DNA of 64,000 bases from Malacoraja senta (taxonomy: Eukaryota): assembly GCA_038087875.1 (NCBI GenBank), contig CM075979.1, forward strand, positions 58,900,001 through 58,964,000. Reading direction: 5' to 3'. The position numbers and the translations under genes are program-made. This document shows, one piece after another, positions 1 through 12,918 of this stretch; the first letter of the stretch is position 1; every line of letters starts with the position of its first letter. Below the pieces are notes generated by a model. The model did no database searches. It was given only the letters and a program-made list of their open reading frames with translations, and had not been told where the DNA came from.

Positions 1-2334
1 AGCACCTCCGATTATGTTGAACTCCCTCAGTATCAAACTGAAAACCGTTGCATCCATATCATTAACTTTAGAAAGTCCGTTTTCTATGCTGCTTAAGCAG
101 AAGATACAATAACAATACTTCTGGATAAAATCTGCCTCCTCCTTTATAATTGGGGATAGTAAGTATGCTTGTTTAATGTAGTTTAGTTTAATTTAGTTTA
201 CTTTAGTTTATTATTGTCACATGTACCTATGAAGTCTTTCCCATCAAAACTAATAATCGTGAATGTGCTTATAAACGTAGTGTATTCACCTGAAACAAAT
301 GAAATAAAACATTACATTTCTAATGGAAGAAAGTGTCTTTTAAGTACTAAAGTGTTTTGAATTTTAACACCTATCAATTAAGAAAAATAGCAACAAAGTG
401 GCTTTAAAATAAACCAAAATAAACTTTTTTTTAAATCTCAAAGGCAAAGCGTGTAATGTCAAACTTACAGCCCCAGTTGTAATCTGCATTTCAATGTATA
501 ATTCATTTGCTTTGCTCCGTCTGTTTTTCCATGAAAACAGTTCATTTACATGTATAAGGTTTCAGTATTTGAGATATCATGTAACAAAACGTACTTTGTG
601 TTTTGACAAAAGCTTCTTGCAATTGCACACACTGATACTTTTATCATCATAGCCAGGGTCAGACAGAAAAACAAAAATATCCAAATTGCACAATGTAGAG
701 GACACAGCATATAGTGCACAGTGGAAATGTTATCTTCATGACAGTCATATTAGCATGTGCCCTGTTTCAGTAGAGAGTGTAGGTTGATTACATATTCAAA
801 AGGGTACGCTTCCTGTGATGATAAGCATGTGACTGTGCATGTGAGCTTTCTTATGTTCCATTGTGAATAGAGATGACAAGATTGACGTCAGGAACTGCAT
901 CAGAAAGTCACTGGACATTGCTCCTTTATTTGCAAAGATCTGTTTGAGGGTATGTGGAATCACTTGGCGAAGCTATTGGAAAGCCATATTTGGACCTGTA
1001 AGGAAACCTTTCTAAAATGTTGGCTTTTTAAATGGCCCAGTTCTCTGCAGAACCAAAGTTAGAACTAAAAAAATGTTCCATTACATACATAACAGTGTGG
1101 ACTAGTACATTGCTGATTATACTACGGTTTACTTTTCTGAATATAGAACCTTTTGGTAAAAAAAGCCAGTTGGCCAGCTTTGACAGAAGATAAGTCATAA
1201 ATAAATTCTATGCCTTTAGCTGTAATTTGTAGAAAAAATGCAAGGCAAATGTAGAATGCTAGCTTTTCTTTCACCTTCCTCTCCCTTATGTAAACCAAAT
1301 CACATTCCATAGATATCTTAGTTATTACCATTCTACATGGTTCTTTTTTTTCTTAGTTATTACCATTCTACATGGTTTCATTTTTTCATTTGTTAAATGC
1401 ACTGTGATTCAAATAAAATATTCAATTTGTAATTATGAATACTGCCACCAAACTACACTGAATTACACTCATAATGTAGTTATGTAAGGATGCATTGTAT
1501 TCTAAACTGGCCATTGGATTGCATGTTACTTTTCTGTAGCTTAAGAAATTATTATCAGTAATTTAAGGCCACATTAGAATCCTTGATAATGACATGGACT
1601 GTAAACACGAATGCAATGAAAATGATACTTAAAATAACAGACATAAACATTCACAAAATTGTAGGAATAACTATATGTTTTTATGTTTTCAATATGTTTT
1701 CATGTTAATCATTATTTCAGCAGCTGATGATTTAATTGATGATTTAAAGGAAGGACTAAGAGAAATAAATGCCTTCATTTGTGCTACAAGTTAGCAAAAT
1801 CAGATAATGGAACGTTTATCCTAGTCACTGTACAATGCTTTTGTGACAATGTCACAGTTTTATGTTGTTAATTCAGTTTTATCTTCTGGTTCTGATACCA
1901 AATTAAACCAAAGAAAAGTGTATTTCACAGTCAGATGCCAGGCGTAGTTTTTAGACATAACCTGTTTGTAAACCATGTTCAAAAAGCTGAACGTCAGCAA
2001 CTCAAGTAAGCTACTGTTTGAGGAATTCACGAAATCACCATGTATGTATTTAATAAAATGACAACACTTGCCATGGATCAAAAATAATTCTATTCAGTCA
2101 ATTCCCATTGTTCAACTGAGAAAGAGTTATTCATTCAAAATTCTGATAGAGGATGGGAGAGATGGATAGGGAGGTGTATTTGTGGGAGCTTGTTACTGGT
2201 CCTGTTAATGTAATTTGTCAGACATAAATAATTGAGCAGCATGTTCCACTGTTTCTTGTAGAATGCTGCTTCAAAGAAAAATTGGAATCCGGACATCCAT
2301 GATGATAACATCTAACAATTTATTTTTATTTATT

Positions 2335-2640
2335 TACTTCAACAGTGCTGTATTTGTCACATATGCAACTGCACAGTTAAATTCTTTCTGCATATTTACA
2401 CATGCAGGCACCGCCATTTTTGGTGCCATTATTCAAAGTCCAAAGTCCTGTCTGGCCATCTTTGTGTCCCGGGGGGGGGGGGGGCTCCTGCAGCCGGCCT
2501 TGAAGGCGCTGGAGACATTCCCCGGTTCACCCTCGCACTGGCCCACGTTCCTGACATCCGACGTCTCCAGCTCCCTCCCGTTTACACCGTCCAACGTGCT
2601 TTAGGTTGGATTCCCAGCCCCACCATCAGATGAACCCTCA
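2335..2640 (-). mobile_element. GC-rich non-coding retroposon with Rex/Babar-type 3' tail
   Basis: Minus strand ends GAATTTAAC-TGTGCA gt TGCATA-TGTGACAAATACAG, a variant of the tail at 25285-25340, 25680-25735 and 27045-27110; GGCACCAAAAATGGCG resembles GGCGCCAGAAACATGGCG at ~25610. Confidence 0.55.
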
Positions 2641-3576
2641 TGCAAGATCACCCAAAAATAAATAATCCAAGTGACTATGTGAGCATTTTGTGGTAATACA
2701 TGTGTAACTTTGGTGTTTACAGTGGTTCCTCAGGCAAAAATTTTCAAAAAGACTGGTGACTTCCCTTAATTTCAGTGTTGGTGGTGTTGGCTATGCTCAG
2801 ATATCCACCTGAGAATTTCCAGAGATGATATTTTTCCCATGATGTAGAACAAAGGATAAAGATTGACCAGCACATCAGAGATAACTGTTTTAAGCAGTGT
2901 TCTACATCCACTGCTGAGAACAGATAGGACCATAGTTTAACGCCACATCAGGAAGAAGGTACAAGTGCATTAACAGTCCTTATCACAAGCTTCATCACCA
3001 CCATTCTGCTGCAATGCACAACAATAGAACAATTCAGTCACTTTCTTTACCAAAAGCTTACCAAGAATGCAGACTCATGATGCTGAGCTATATGTCTTTG
3101 CACACCATAGTGCCAAATGTATCAGCAACAATGAAGTTAATTGTCTTTCATGTATTTTTTAAAACTGAATTGGAAACACAGTGGGGATGAAACGTGTGAG
3201 GACACGTGGGAGTTCATATTTGCATGCACACACAGAGGAGCCTTGAACTTTCTGATATCCATGAAGGTAAATGCTTTTTTTTAGGTTTTGTTAAATCAAA
3301 ATGTTGCTTTCAGAAAGGACTTAACCTCAGGTCATCAAAACCCTGCTGACATGTCCTACCCCATGTCAGGTCCTGGTTACTCACTGAGCACTTTCACCCA
3401 CATTTAAAGTAAAGTGCCATTTAGAAAATTTGTTCTCATGTTTGCAAGACTTTCTGAACCTCTGCAAATTTTCCAGCACCCCATCCACCTGAGATAACTG
3501 TTCTGTCTAATTCCCGAAATATAGCGGCTTCTCCAATAAGCCATGTCTTTACCTGGCCAAGACATATTCTGGATAT

Positions 3577-3803
3577 GTTTAGTTTTAGTTAAGTTTATTT
3601 TAGAGATACAGCGCAGAAACAGACCCTTCGGCCCACCGAATCCGCACCGACCAGCGATCTCCGCACACTAACACTACCCTACACATACAAGGAATAATTT
3701 TACATAATACAATTTTACCAAGCCAATTAGAGGAGAACGGACAAACACCTTACAGACAGCACCTGTAGTCAGGATCGAACCTGGGTCTCTGGTGCTGTAA
3801 GGC
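3577..3803 (-). mobile_element. tRNA-derived SINE (HE1/V-SINE-like), internally deleted
   Basis: Reverse complement has B-box GGTTCGATCC, CR1-type 3' end GGGCCGAAGGGTCTGTTTCTGCGCTGTATCTCTAAA and (CTAAA)n tail; homologous to 40064-40374. Confidence 0.8.
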
Positions 3804-4095
3804 ATATTCTCCATGAAACTCATCATGTCTCTTTATCTCTTTCCTCATAGTCATACACCTGAGAAACAGGCCCTATAGCCCACCAAACATCGACATTTCC
3901 AATAATGCTAAACTAATCGCATTTTATTCTCCCCAAATTCTCCTTCAATGCAAACATACTGTTTGCTTCACCTTGCATGCAGCACTTTCCATATTCTTGA
4001 CAGATTCTGTGTACAATTTAGTATTATTAACTAATTTCCTTGGGTTCCAATTATGGGGTGAAATCTAAATGAAAACATTTACTCCAAATGTGTCA

Positions 4096-4381
4096 ATAGA
4101 CAATAGACAATAGGTGCAGGAGTAGGCCATTTGGCCCTTCGAGCCAGCTCCGCCATTCAATGTGATCATGGCTGATCATCCTCAATCAGTACCCCATTCC
4201 TGTCTTCTCCCCATATCCCCTGATTCTGCTATTTTTAAGAGCCCTATCTAGCTCTCTCTTGAAAGCATCCAGAGAACCTACCTCCACCACCCTCTGAGGC
4301 AGAGAATTCCACAGACTCACCACTCTCTGTGAGAAAAAGTGTTTCCTCGTCTCCGTTCTAAATGGCTTACTCCTTATTCTT
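4096..4381 (-). mobile_element. CR1 LINE 3' fragment
   Basis: ORF 4186-4473 ends RKHFFSQRVVSLWNSLPQRVVE...GYGEKTGMGY (CR1 ORF2 C-terminus); (CAATAGA)n tail; nearly identical to 61325-61820. Confidence 0.9.
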
Positions 4382-6658
4382 GTCCTGTCAAATCCTTTAA
4401 CCAAAACCTCAATCAGATCAACCTCAGCTTTTCCATCAAGAGAAAAAATTCCAACCGATTCAGCCCTTTTCAATTTTCATATATATCTAGGTTCTGGTAA
4501 ATTAGCTGTTCGTTTTCATACTTCACTAACTATAGGTCAGGTGCCGAAATGGAAGTGAAAATCTTTAAAAATGATAGCTGCATGCTTCCGAATTTAGTTT
4601 AGTTTAGTTTAGTTTAGAGATGTAGTGTGGAAACAGGCCCCCCCAGCCATCACCTGTAACAGTTGAAATGATTGTTTTTAATGTTCTGTCCTATTCCAAA
4701 CATGGTAAAGAACATATGTATAGATTTTAATGTATTTAAACCTCAATTCTAATAAAACTAAAAATATCAAATCCAAGATAATTCTGCATACACCACTTTC
4801 TCCTGAGCAACCAATACTAGTCTTCTCGATGATGGTCACACCTTTTAAGTCAACCAAATAATGTTTTGCCTTATCTTCATTGACGATAGAAAGATTTAAT
4901 TTCAGGAATTATCCACCAGTAAGTGTGAAAATATATTCAGATTTCCCAGAATGCTGGTGTTACATTTAAAATCCTCAGTTACAAAATTTTCTGAGAATTG
5001 TAACAGATTGATATATGATATTAAGTCCATAATGTACCAACATATGTCAAACAAATTCAATGTTACTGATGAAAGATAGCATCAACACACTAGTTGATTT
5101 TCTCTTTACTAAAGCAACACAACTTTTATTTCTCATATGAACGCAGCAGCTTAGGATTTTCAAGGCCAATTCATCTGAAATGATTATAGAACTTGCCACA
5201 TGACAAGCAGCTTCCAGTCTCAACCTCCATGCTGCATCATTCCCCATGGCAACCGAGGCACATGACTGGTATTAAGCCCAGCACTGCCTGACAGAGAGTA
5301 TTTAAAAATCCAGTCAAGACATTTATTCCCATCAATTAAAAATGCAGAGATTCTTCTGCTGTAAAGCAAGTCACTGACATTTTGACAAAAGAAATAAAAG
5401 CACAGGAAAATCTGCATTATAATTGTTTATTAAATATTATAACACGGCTGCATTTTGTGTTCTGGTAATTCATGTCATACGTTAAAATAAATTTGTCTTT
5501 TTTTAAATATTTCTGAGAATGACCTGCCTATACGTGGTGGCTCCACCCATTATAATTCATCATTCACAGCCGATTCCCTCCCCATCACTGATAGTTCCAG
5601 TGTTCTTGTATAGATTCTGTAATCAAAGTAATGATGAAATGTGAAATTCAGATTAAATGCTCCTCAAAGTTGAAAATCAAATGTTTTTTTTTTTTTTTTA
5701 AATAAACACACACTGCCAACATTAGAAGGCAGCAAAAAACTCACCAAAGGCAAGCTGAACTCCCGGGTTGAATGCTGACTATCCCCACCGATAGTTCACA
5801 ATCGTACAAAGCTTGTTAGCTTCACACTTAACTACTAGAATTCTTCAGAGATCACATTTTAATTCTCGATGCATCTGTTATTTGTTGGATATTTCCTTGT
5901 ACTATGCGTTCTGTGAGTTTAATCCCTTTAGTCTAATCCAGTGAAATTTGATTAGCATCCTTTCTGGGTTAATTGGGCACTACATCTAGTTACTATTTCT
6001 CCTGCCCTCAGGATAAGAGAGGATATCAGTGCTTTATTAGGCAGCTTTCCATTACTTATTCTTACCAGCTACTATTTTCACATGAATATTTTATTTTCGA
6101 CCAGGTACCACAATTTGTGCTTACTATGCAATTGCCTTGTCCATTTGCAGGCTCTGAGTTAAATTAAAAAAGATCGCTACATTTTAATTTATAGTCACCA
6201 GAGATCAATTCCATAATAATTTAAACAAAAAAACAAAATACATTAAAAAAAATCAATTAATAGAATTTGTAAACTACCCATAAGGTATAATGATGACTTG
6301 TAACCACAAGAGACATGTCACATGCCTTAAGATTGTCCTCTTGAGCCTTCATGTGATATATTTGGCACCATTCATTCGATCTACTGCGTGTATACGCATA
6401 TCATGTTGTCTTATCCTTAAAGACTTGAATACTGCATTTGCAAAAGTCATGTACATTTGTAAAAAGCAAATGCATTCATTATCAGTTAACTTGCTTTTAT
6501 CAATATTGTTAACACAAAATATAATAATTCAGGCCATCAACAATTTACCTTCAATTAATAAAGAATAATTTAATACTTCCTACTTAATTGTTTCTCTTTC
6601 ATGGGTTAATATATTAAAATTGCCCAGTTTGAGAAATATTTAGAGTGAGAAATTTAAA

Positions 6659-7206
6659 TGGGTCCCTGTCACACGGGAGGCCTCGTCCCCCAACGCAACC
6701 CGTTCCCCAACACAATATTGCACCACTAACCCATAGCCCCAACGGGAGGTGTGGTCCCCCAACACAACCCATTCCTGAACGTAAGATTCCAGCACTCCCC
6801 TGCCTCCCTCAACAGTGGACTTTAAAAATTCCAATTGCACTTCCCCTGCCTGCCGCAGCAGTACCAATACCAATTGCAATACCAATTCGCCCTCCCCCTC
6901 CTGTTGATGTGATATCCCATTGAGGTGAAAAGTTCAGAGTGTTCCTGTCTTGCAACTTTGTATCAAAGTGTGTTGGAATCTGGCAGGAATGGTTTTAGTA
7001 AAAATCATGTTAAATTTCACTTTTTTAAAGCTTTAATCATCAATAACATGAAATATAGCATCAAATCTTAAGTGAACCTGATCCCAGCGTGGAGGGCAAA
7101 AATGTGTCAGAATATGTAAACATTTAAGCACTAGCGTGTAGTGTTTTGAGGAAGATACCAAACATACAGACAGACACACATACAAGATGAGACATTTATA
7201 GGTATA
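6659..7206 (-). mobile_element. Non-autonomous Helitron copy 1 (termini incomplete)
   Basis: Colinear with 7207-8372; keeps half of the GGGACCC/GGGTCCC hairpin but lacks the CTAG end and the initial TCTA. Confidence 0.7.
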
Positions 7207-8372
7207 CTAGATCAAGTGGGACCTGACACACGGGAGGCCTGGTCCCCCAACGCAACACGTTCCCCAACGCAATATTGCACCACTAACCAATAGCCCCCAT
7301 GGAAGGCGTGGTCCCCCAACTCAACCCATTCCCGAACGTAAGATTCCAGCACTCCCCTGCCTCCCTCAGAAGTGGACTTAAAAAAAAAAAATTCAATTGC
7401 AATTCCCCTGCCTGCCGCAGCAGTTCCAATTGCAATACCAATTTTCCCTCCCCCTCCTGTTGAAGCACTTAAAGGCCTGTCTCACGAGTCTGCGGTCATT
7501 GGCGGCGAAACGGGAAGAATCTGCCGCCATAGACCGCGCACTCGTGAGAACGTACAATTCCCGGGCCGTGCTGCGGTGTTCCCAACATCTGGTGCTAAAA
7601 TAAAATCGACAATGTCGAAAACTATATACTTACCGCACAACCTCCACCAGTGATGCACAAGTGCGGCACGGCCGCCCGCACGGGCCGCCGCCAGTGTGGC
7701 TCAAGCGCCATGCGTCAAACCTCCACTGCCACAGCCTCCGCCAGTGAGGCACGTGTGCTGCACGGCCGCAGGCACAGCCACCGCTACAGCGCCGCGATCA
7801 GGATGGCCGCCGCCACAGCCGCCGCTGGTGAGTCACGTGCGGCGGGCCGACGTCATCGCAGTCGGCCCGCCCTTTTTTTTACTTACCGCAAGCACGTGGG
7901 ACCCGCCATGTTTGAATTAACTCGGCCCCCACGCAGCATCCGTGCGGCGCTCCGGTGGATAGACTCGACGCTCTCGCCGTTGCCACGCGGTCCTCGCTAC
8001 CGGCGACGCCGCGCTTCACCGCCGATGACCGCAAACAGGTAAGACAGAGCCTTTACTGTGATATCCCATTTAGGTGAAAAGATCAGAGTGTTCCTGTCTT
8101 GCAACTTTGTATCGAATTGTGTTGGAAGCTGGCAGGAAGGATTTTAACTGTAAAAATCATGATAAATTTGGCAATTTTAAAGATTTAATCATCAATAACG
8201 TGAAATATAGCTTGAAATCTGAAGGGAACCTGATTACGGCCTGGACGGGAAAAATGTGAGTTAGAATATGTAAAAATTTCAGCGCTAGCACGTAGCATTT
8301 TGAGGAATATACAAAACATACAGACATACATATATACACAAATACAAGATGAGACTTTTATAGGTATATAGA
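7207..8372 (-). mobile_element. Non-autonomous Helitron copy 2
   Basis: Minus strand starts A|TCTATATACCTATAAAAGT and ends GGTCCCACTTGATCTAG|T; no TSD; 3' region shared with the Helitron at 18948-21405. Confidence 0.8.
7472..8052. mobile_element. PIF/Harbinger-like MITE (GC/CpG-rich) nested in Helitron copy 2
   Basis: 14-bp imperfect TIRs AAGGCCTGTCTCAC / GTAAGACAGAGCCT with TTA flanks; absent from Helitron copy 1 at the equivalent position; TIR resembles those at 49421 and 53337. Confidence 0.7.
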
Positions 8373-10139
8373 TATTGACAAGAATAGGAACATGCTAGTA
8401 AAAGTATGGGAAATGTTGACCAATCAATTTAAATGATCGTAGAAAGGAGATAGTCAACTTTTATTTATTTAAAAATGACAATGATTTATTTTCAACATAG
8501 TTTTCATGCTGATTAAAGCATAGCTTCAACTGAACATGGGTGTCTTTAATAGAATCTCATTGTTATTATTTGTCATGTTCTTTAACATATCAGTGGTGAG
8601 AGGAGGAGAAAGTGCAGGAATATAGCAAGGTGTGAGCACTCATTATTGTGACTACTGAAGATTATGGTTCACGAGAAATTCTGTGGGTTACTAAGCACAC
8701 TAATTCAGAAGCCACAGGTTTTGGCAACTCTCAAAGGTTTAATGAATGATTAAAAATATTTCAACAGCAATTTACTTTTCATTAATTTCACAAGCAATGC
8801 TGTGTATTCCCTTGTTTGAGGTCAACGGAAGTGAGCACTGCTCCTTTGCATTTCTTGTGCATGCTTGCTTCCTCAATATGTGTTACGTGGTCAGCTGGTA
8901 CCTTGTGGCAAGTCTATGGCATAAAGCAATATTATGTTTAATTGCTGAGGTGAAAATGGCACTGACTTTTGTTTAGCCATTTACATGCTCTGCCCAGGCC
9001 CATCGTCTCAGTAGAGAAACATCCTGAGACAACCTGCAGTAGTTACTTATAAATTTCCTATTGTGTTGCTCATATTCAGACTGAAATTTTAGAGAGAAAA
9101 GGGCCAAACCTGAATGGTATAATAAAGACAATGATCTGTAATTTTTAAGGTTGGGTTTGGTTTCCAGGAGATGTGGAGTAGAGTACGGTATAACAGTATG
9201 TACCTCAGGATCTGATTCAAATTTAACAGAGATCACAATTTGTAGGTATGCCACAAAAATATGCAGGGGCCAGTATTTCACAACTAACATCAATCCAAAA
9301 AGGAGCAGAGATTTGAGAGTGCTTGGAAAATGGACGCAGAATCTGACAGCATTGAGAGGAGCAGGGAGCACTGAGAAGAGAGCTAATGTCATGCATCATA
9401 TATCTAAAGATCTGAGATTATGGAGGAATATGGAGAGTAGTTGGCATGGCAGAGTCTGGCGATATTGAGAGGTTGCTGAAATCTAGTTTGATAATGGGAG
9501 GATTAGAGTGGGACAATATTTATTCATTGTCTTGGGATACTTGAGGAGATTGGAAAGATGGCTGTCCTCACTTATTTCTGATCCATTTGATAAGCTTTTC
9601 TAAATATCTTCCAATTGCTTTTTTTTGAGGGGGCGTGGGGGGACATCAAACATCCAGCACCATTTTCACAATCATATGCAGCTTCTGGACTTCAGATTCC
9701 CACCTCAAAACAGTTAGCCCACCATTAGCAAGACTGATTATTAAACAGCGTTTAAAATTTTAAATAACTTTATACAAACAAATACTCCTGCATAAAGCAT
9801 TCAAAATTCAAAGGAAAAGTTAAAATAATAACTTACATGGGCAGACAAACAGGGAACATATTATAGTTCTAAATTTATACTCAGGCTTTTCAATTTTCTA
9901 ATAGGGAAATAAAACATCCTTAAAAAACGAGCTTCAACTACAAGGAATGCAATTCCAGGCACTGTTCATCATGTCTTATCCATATGAGCAGCTAATTATT
10001 AAAGATTACTTAATTTTTTTTAAAGTGTGACTGCCACACGTAAATTTTTTGAGAATTGAGCCTTCCGTTTCTTTTACAAGAGGCAGGATTTCTGGGATGG
10101 GACTTCCTATCTCCCTTAATTTTAGTTGTGTCCATAAGT

Positions 10140-10700
10140 CTATCGATCTCCATGTTCAGCCCTCTGGGCTTTGACAATACTTAAAAACCAGATCAATAAT
10201 AAGTTCCGATCAGCACTCTGGCACAAAGAATTCTAAGAACTCGCAACCTTCTGAGACAATTCTTCTCATCTTAAAGTTCTAAGTGGCTGAGAATTTGCCT
10301 GCTAGTCTTAAATTTTACAGTGAAAGGAAATGAGTCTTTTGGATTTACCCAGCCGTTCCTTTTACTGAATATCATATGTTTCATCCAAATAGATTCTCTA
10401 TGTTCCAATGAGGAAAGGCTAATCCTAACAAATATTTTCTGATAGAACAACCAAATAATCCATTCAACGAATTTGCAACAATCTGTGAAAAACAGATATA
10501 TCCTTCCTCATGTGTTGCACACAGTGCTCCATGAATCATTTCATGAAAGCCTTGTACAAATCTACTTGAATTTACCTAACCTTGTACTTGAATCACTTTG
10601 CAATAAATGGCAACACAAAAATTGCTTTTTTAATCACTTGCTGCACCTGCGTGTGAACTTTCTGTGTTTCATCTAGCAGCACACCGAGATCCTTCTGTAC
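10140..10700 (-). mobile_element. Old, degenerate CR1 3' fragment
   Basis: Patchy similarity to CR1 antisense motifs (CTCTGGCACAAAGAATTC, ACACCGAGATCCTTCTG). Confidence 0.45.
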
Positions 10701-10923
10701 AAATTAGTTCCTCACCATTAGCTTCACTGAAACTGCATTTTGAAAGAAGAGCACAACATGAGCCACTCTTTGAGTCCAGTTTTTGGTGTTTGTGACCCAA
10801 GGAGGATTTTTAAAAAACGTTCTACTACTCTTATGGACGCATGGAAGAGATATGAAAATCTGTGGAATTATCAAATTTTGAAAATAGTGCAGATTTTGGA
10901 ATATTGCTAATATACAATATATA

Positions 10924-11770
10924 TTGCTGAATCACCTGCAGTTCAGCTCCGACAAGACTAAGTTGGTGGTGGACTTTAGGAGGAGAGGAACACCTCTGTC
11001 CCCTGTCTCCATCAATGGTGTGGATGTGCAGTTTACCAGGGAGTACAAATACCCTGGAATGTACCTGGACAGTAAACTGGACTGGTCCAGGAATGCAGAG
11101 GCCTTGTACAAGAAGGGACAGAGTCGCCAGTACATTTTGAGAAGGCTTTGCTCCTTCATTGTCTGCAGTAAGATGCTGCAGATGTTCTACCAATTGGTGG
11201 TAGCCAGTGCCATCTTCTTTGCTGCCGTGTGCTGGGGCAGCAGGGCGAAGGCTGCGGACGCCAATAGGACCAACAAACTCATCAGGAAAACTGGCTCTAT
11301 CCTGGGGGCGGAGTTGGATTCATGGGAGGTGGTCTTGGAGGGGAGGATGCTCAACAAACTGCGGAGCATCCAGGACAATCCAGCTCACCCCGTACATGAC
11401 ACACTTGTCAACCTGAGAAGTACCTTCAGCAACAGACTGGTTCCACCAAGATGCAGTACAGAACACCACAGGAGATCCTTCTTCCCTGTAGCTATCAAAC
11501 ACTATAACTCCTCCCCCTTCTGTCATGGGGTTTACTGAAACTGACTCCCCTCTCCCCCTTCCTCCCATGCCCCCTCCTACCCCCTTTCCTCCCCTGCCCC
11601 CCCTCCCCAATCTTTGCACATCCCCCAAGCCTTTCCACTCGTCCCATTAATTTCATGTTTCATGTATTTTGTGTTTTGTGTATTTTGTGTTTTTATGATT
11701 GTTAACAAAACAATTTCCCTCCTGGGATAAATAAAGTTCCATCATATCGTATTGTATCGTATCGTATCAT
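10924..11770 (+). mobile_element. Rex1/Babar-clade LINE, 5'-truncated
   Basis: 204-aa ORF 10924-11538 with KTKLVVDFRR, KKGQSRQYILRRLCSF, MLQMFYQLVVASAIFFA, RRSFFPVAIK; tail CAATTTCCCTCCTGGGATAAATAAAGT + (ATCGT)n. Confidence 0.85.
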
Positions 11771-12019
11771 ATAATACATGACTTCTGAGTGAAAGTATCA
11801 CTTGTGCAGGCTAAAGAGCATGTTTCCTGGAAATGTTTATTGCATCCCAGGAAGCCTACAATGCAATGACATGAACATTGAATTCACCAATATCAGTTAA
11901 CCTTCCCCTTCTCCCTCCTGAACATGTTGTAATGAGTCCTAATATTGTTGGCGGTCTGGAATCAAAAATAGACCAAACCAGTAAAAGGAGTAGATTTCTG
12001 AAGGACAATATTGAACAGA

Positions 12020-12218
12020 TAGGAGACACAAGAGACTGACAAACTAGCATTTTGAGGAAAAAACTAATTGCTGGAACCAACAAATCAGCAGGTTAGGCAA
12101 CATCTGCAGAGGGAATGTAACAGAATTCTAAAGAAGAGTTCTGACCTAAAATGTTGTCTGTCCCCTCTCTCCACAGATGTTGCCCGATCCGCTCATTTTC
12201 TCCAGCACTTTGTTTATT
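12020..12218. mobile_element. Degenerate inverted Penelope pLTR pair inside an older repeat
   Basis: AAGAAGAGTTCTGACCTAAAATGTTG...CAGATGTTGCCCGATCCGCTCATTTTCTCCAGCACTTTGT resembles the pLTR motif at 16585-16675. Confidence 0.55.
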
Positions 12219-12699
12219 GAACCGATGGGTTTCTGTGAGAATCTTGTATGAGCACAGTCACAATTACTGGCAATAATGATTTATTCCAGATTTATTTAAG
12301 TAGTTGTAATTAAGTTCCTCAGGAGCCGTAGCGGCTACGGATTTAAAATCATATCTTCAGGCTGGTGAAGCATTGACTTAATCTCAAGCCTCGTTCATTC
12401 ATTTATATATATTTATATACCTTGATCATTACCCAACCTTCCTATCTATATCTCACTCTTTACTCCCATCTATACTTCTTTAGGTGATTTTAATGAATAA
12501 TTTAAGAATCAGAACACTGTGTTGCATGAGCTATGAAACAGGAAATGACATTTGAAATGACCTGGAAGGGAACACCATGAACAAAATGGAATCACATTCC
12601 AAACTACTGTACATTAGCAATTAATGCCTCTGGTAATTAACATTTTTGTCCCATTTCTGTACTGAACGACAGAGGTGAACTTGATTGGCTGCATCCCTT

Positions 12700-12918
12700 C
12701 CCATCAGAACTGCCCCCTCCATCGACTCCTTTAAGTCAAGACTAAAAACTTATCTATACTCCCAAGCCTTTCTTGACATCCTCTGAGCGAGGGCTATATG
12801 TATATATGTATGTAGTTTGTTTGTTTATATTATTCTTATAACAAATGTAAAGCACTTTGGCCAACGAGAGTTGTTTTTTAAATGTGCTATATAAATAAAC
12901 TTGACTTGACTTGACTTG
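12700..12918 (+). mobile_element. L2 LINE 3' end
   Basis: Encodes SIDSFKSRLKTYLY (L2 ORF2 C-terminus); tail TGTAAAGCACTTTGG...GTGCTATATAAATAAA + (CTTGA)n. Confidence 0.75.

Noticed and set aside
1-2960. Possible ancient Deu-SINE-like remnants (1-40, 2890-2960; also 25410-25455) and other old SINE/LINE traces (11830-12390, 31410-31600, 55990-56360, 57700-58180)
   Set aside because: Resemblance rests on short degenerate motifs recalled from memory; too weak to assign without an HMM search.
7650-8042. Arg/Ala-rich 130-aa ORF
   Set aside because: Stop-poor GC-rich MITE sequence with no recognisable domain.
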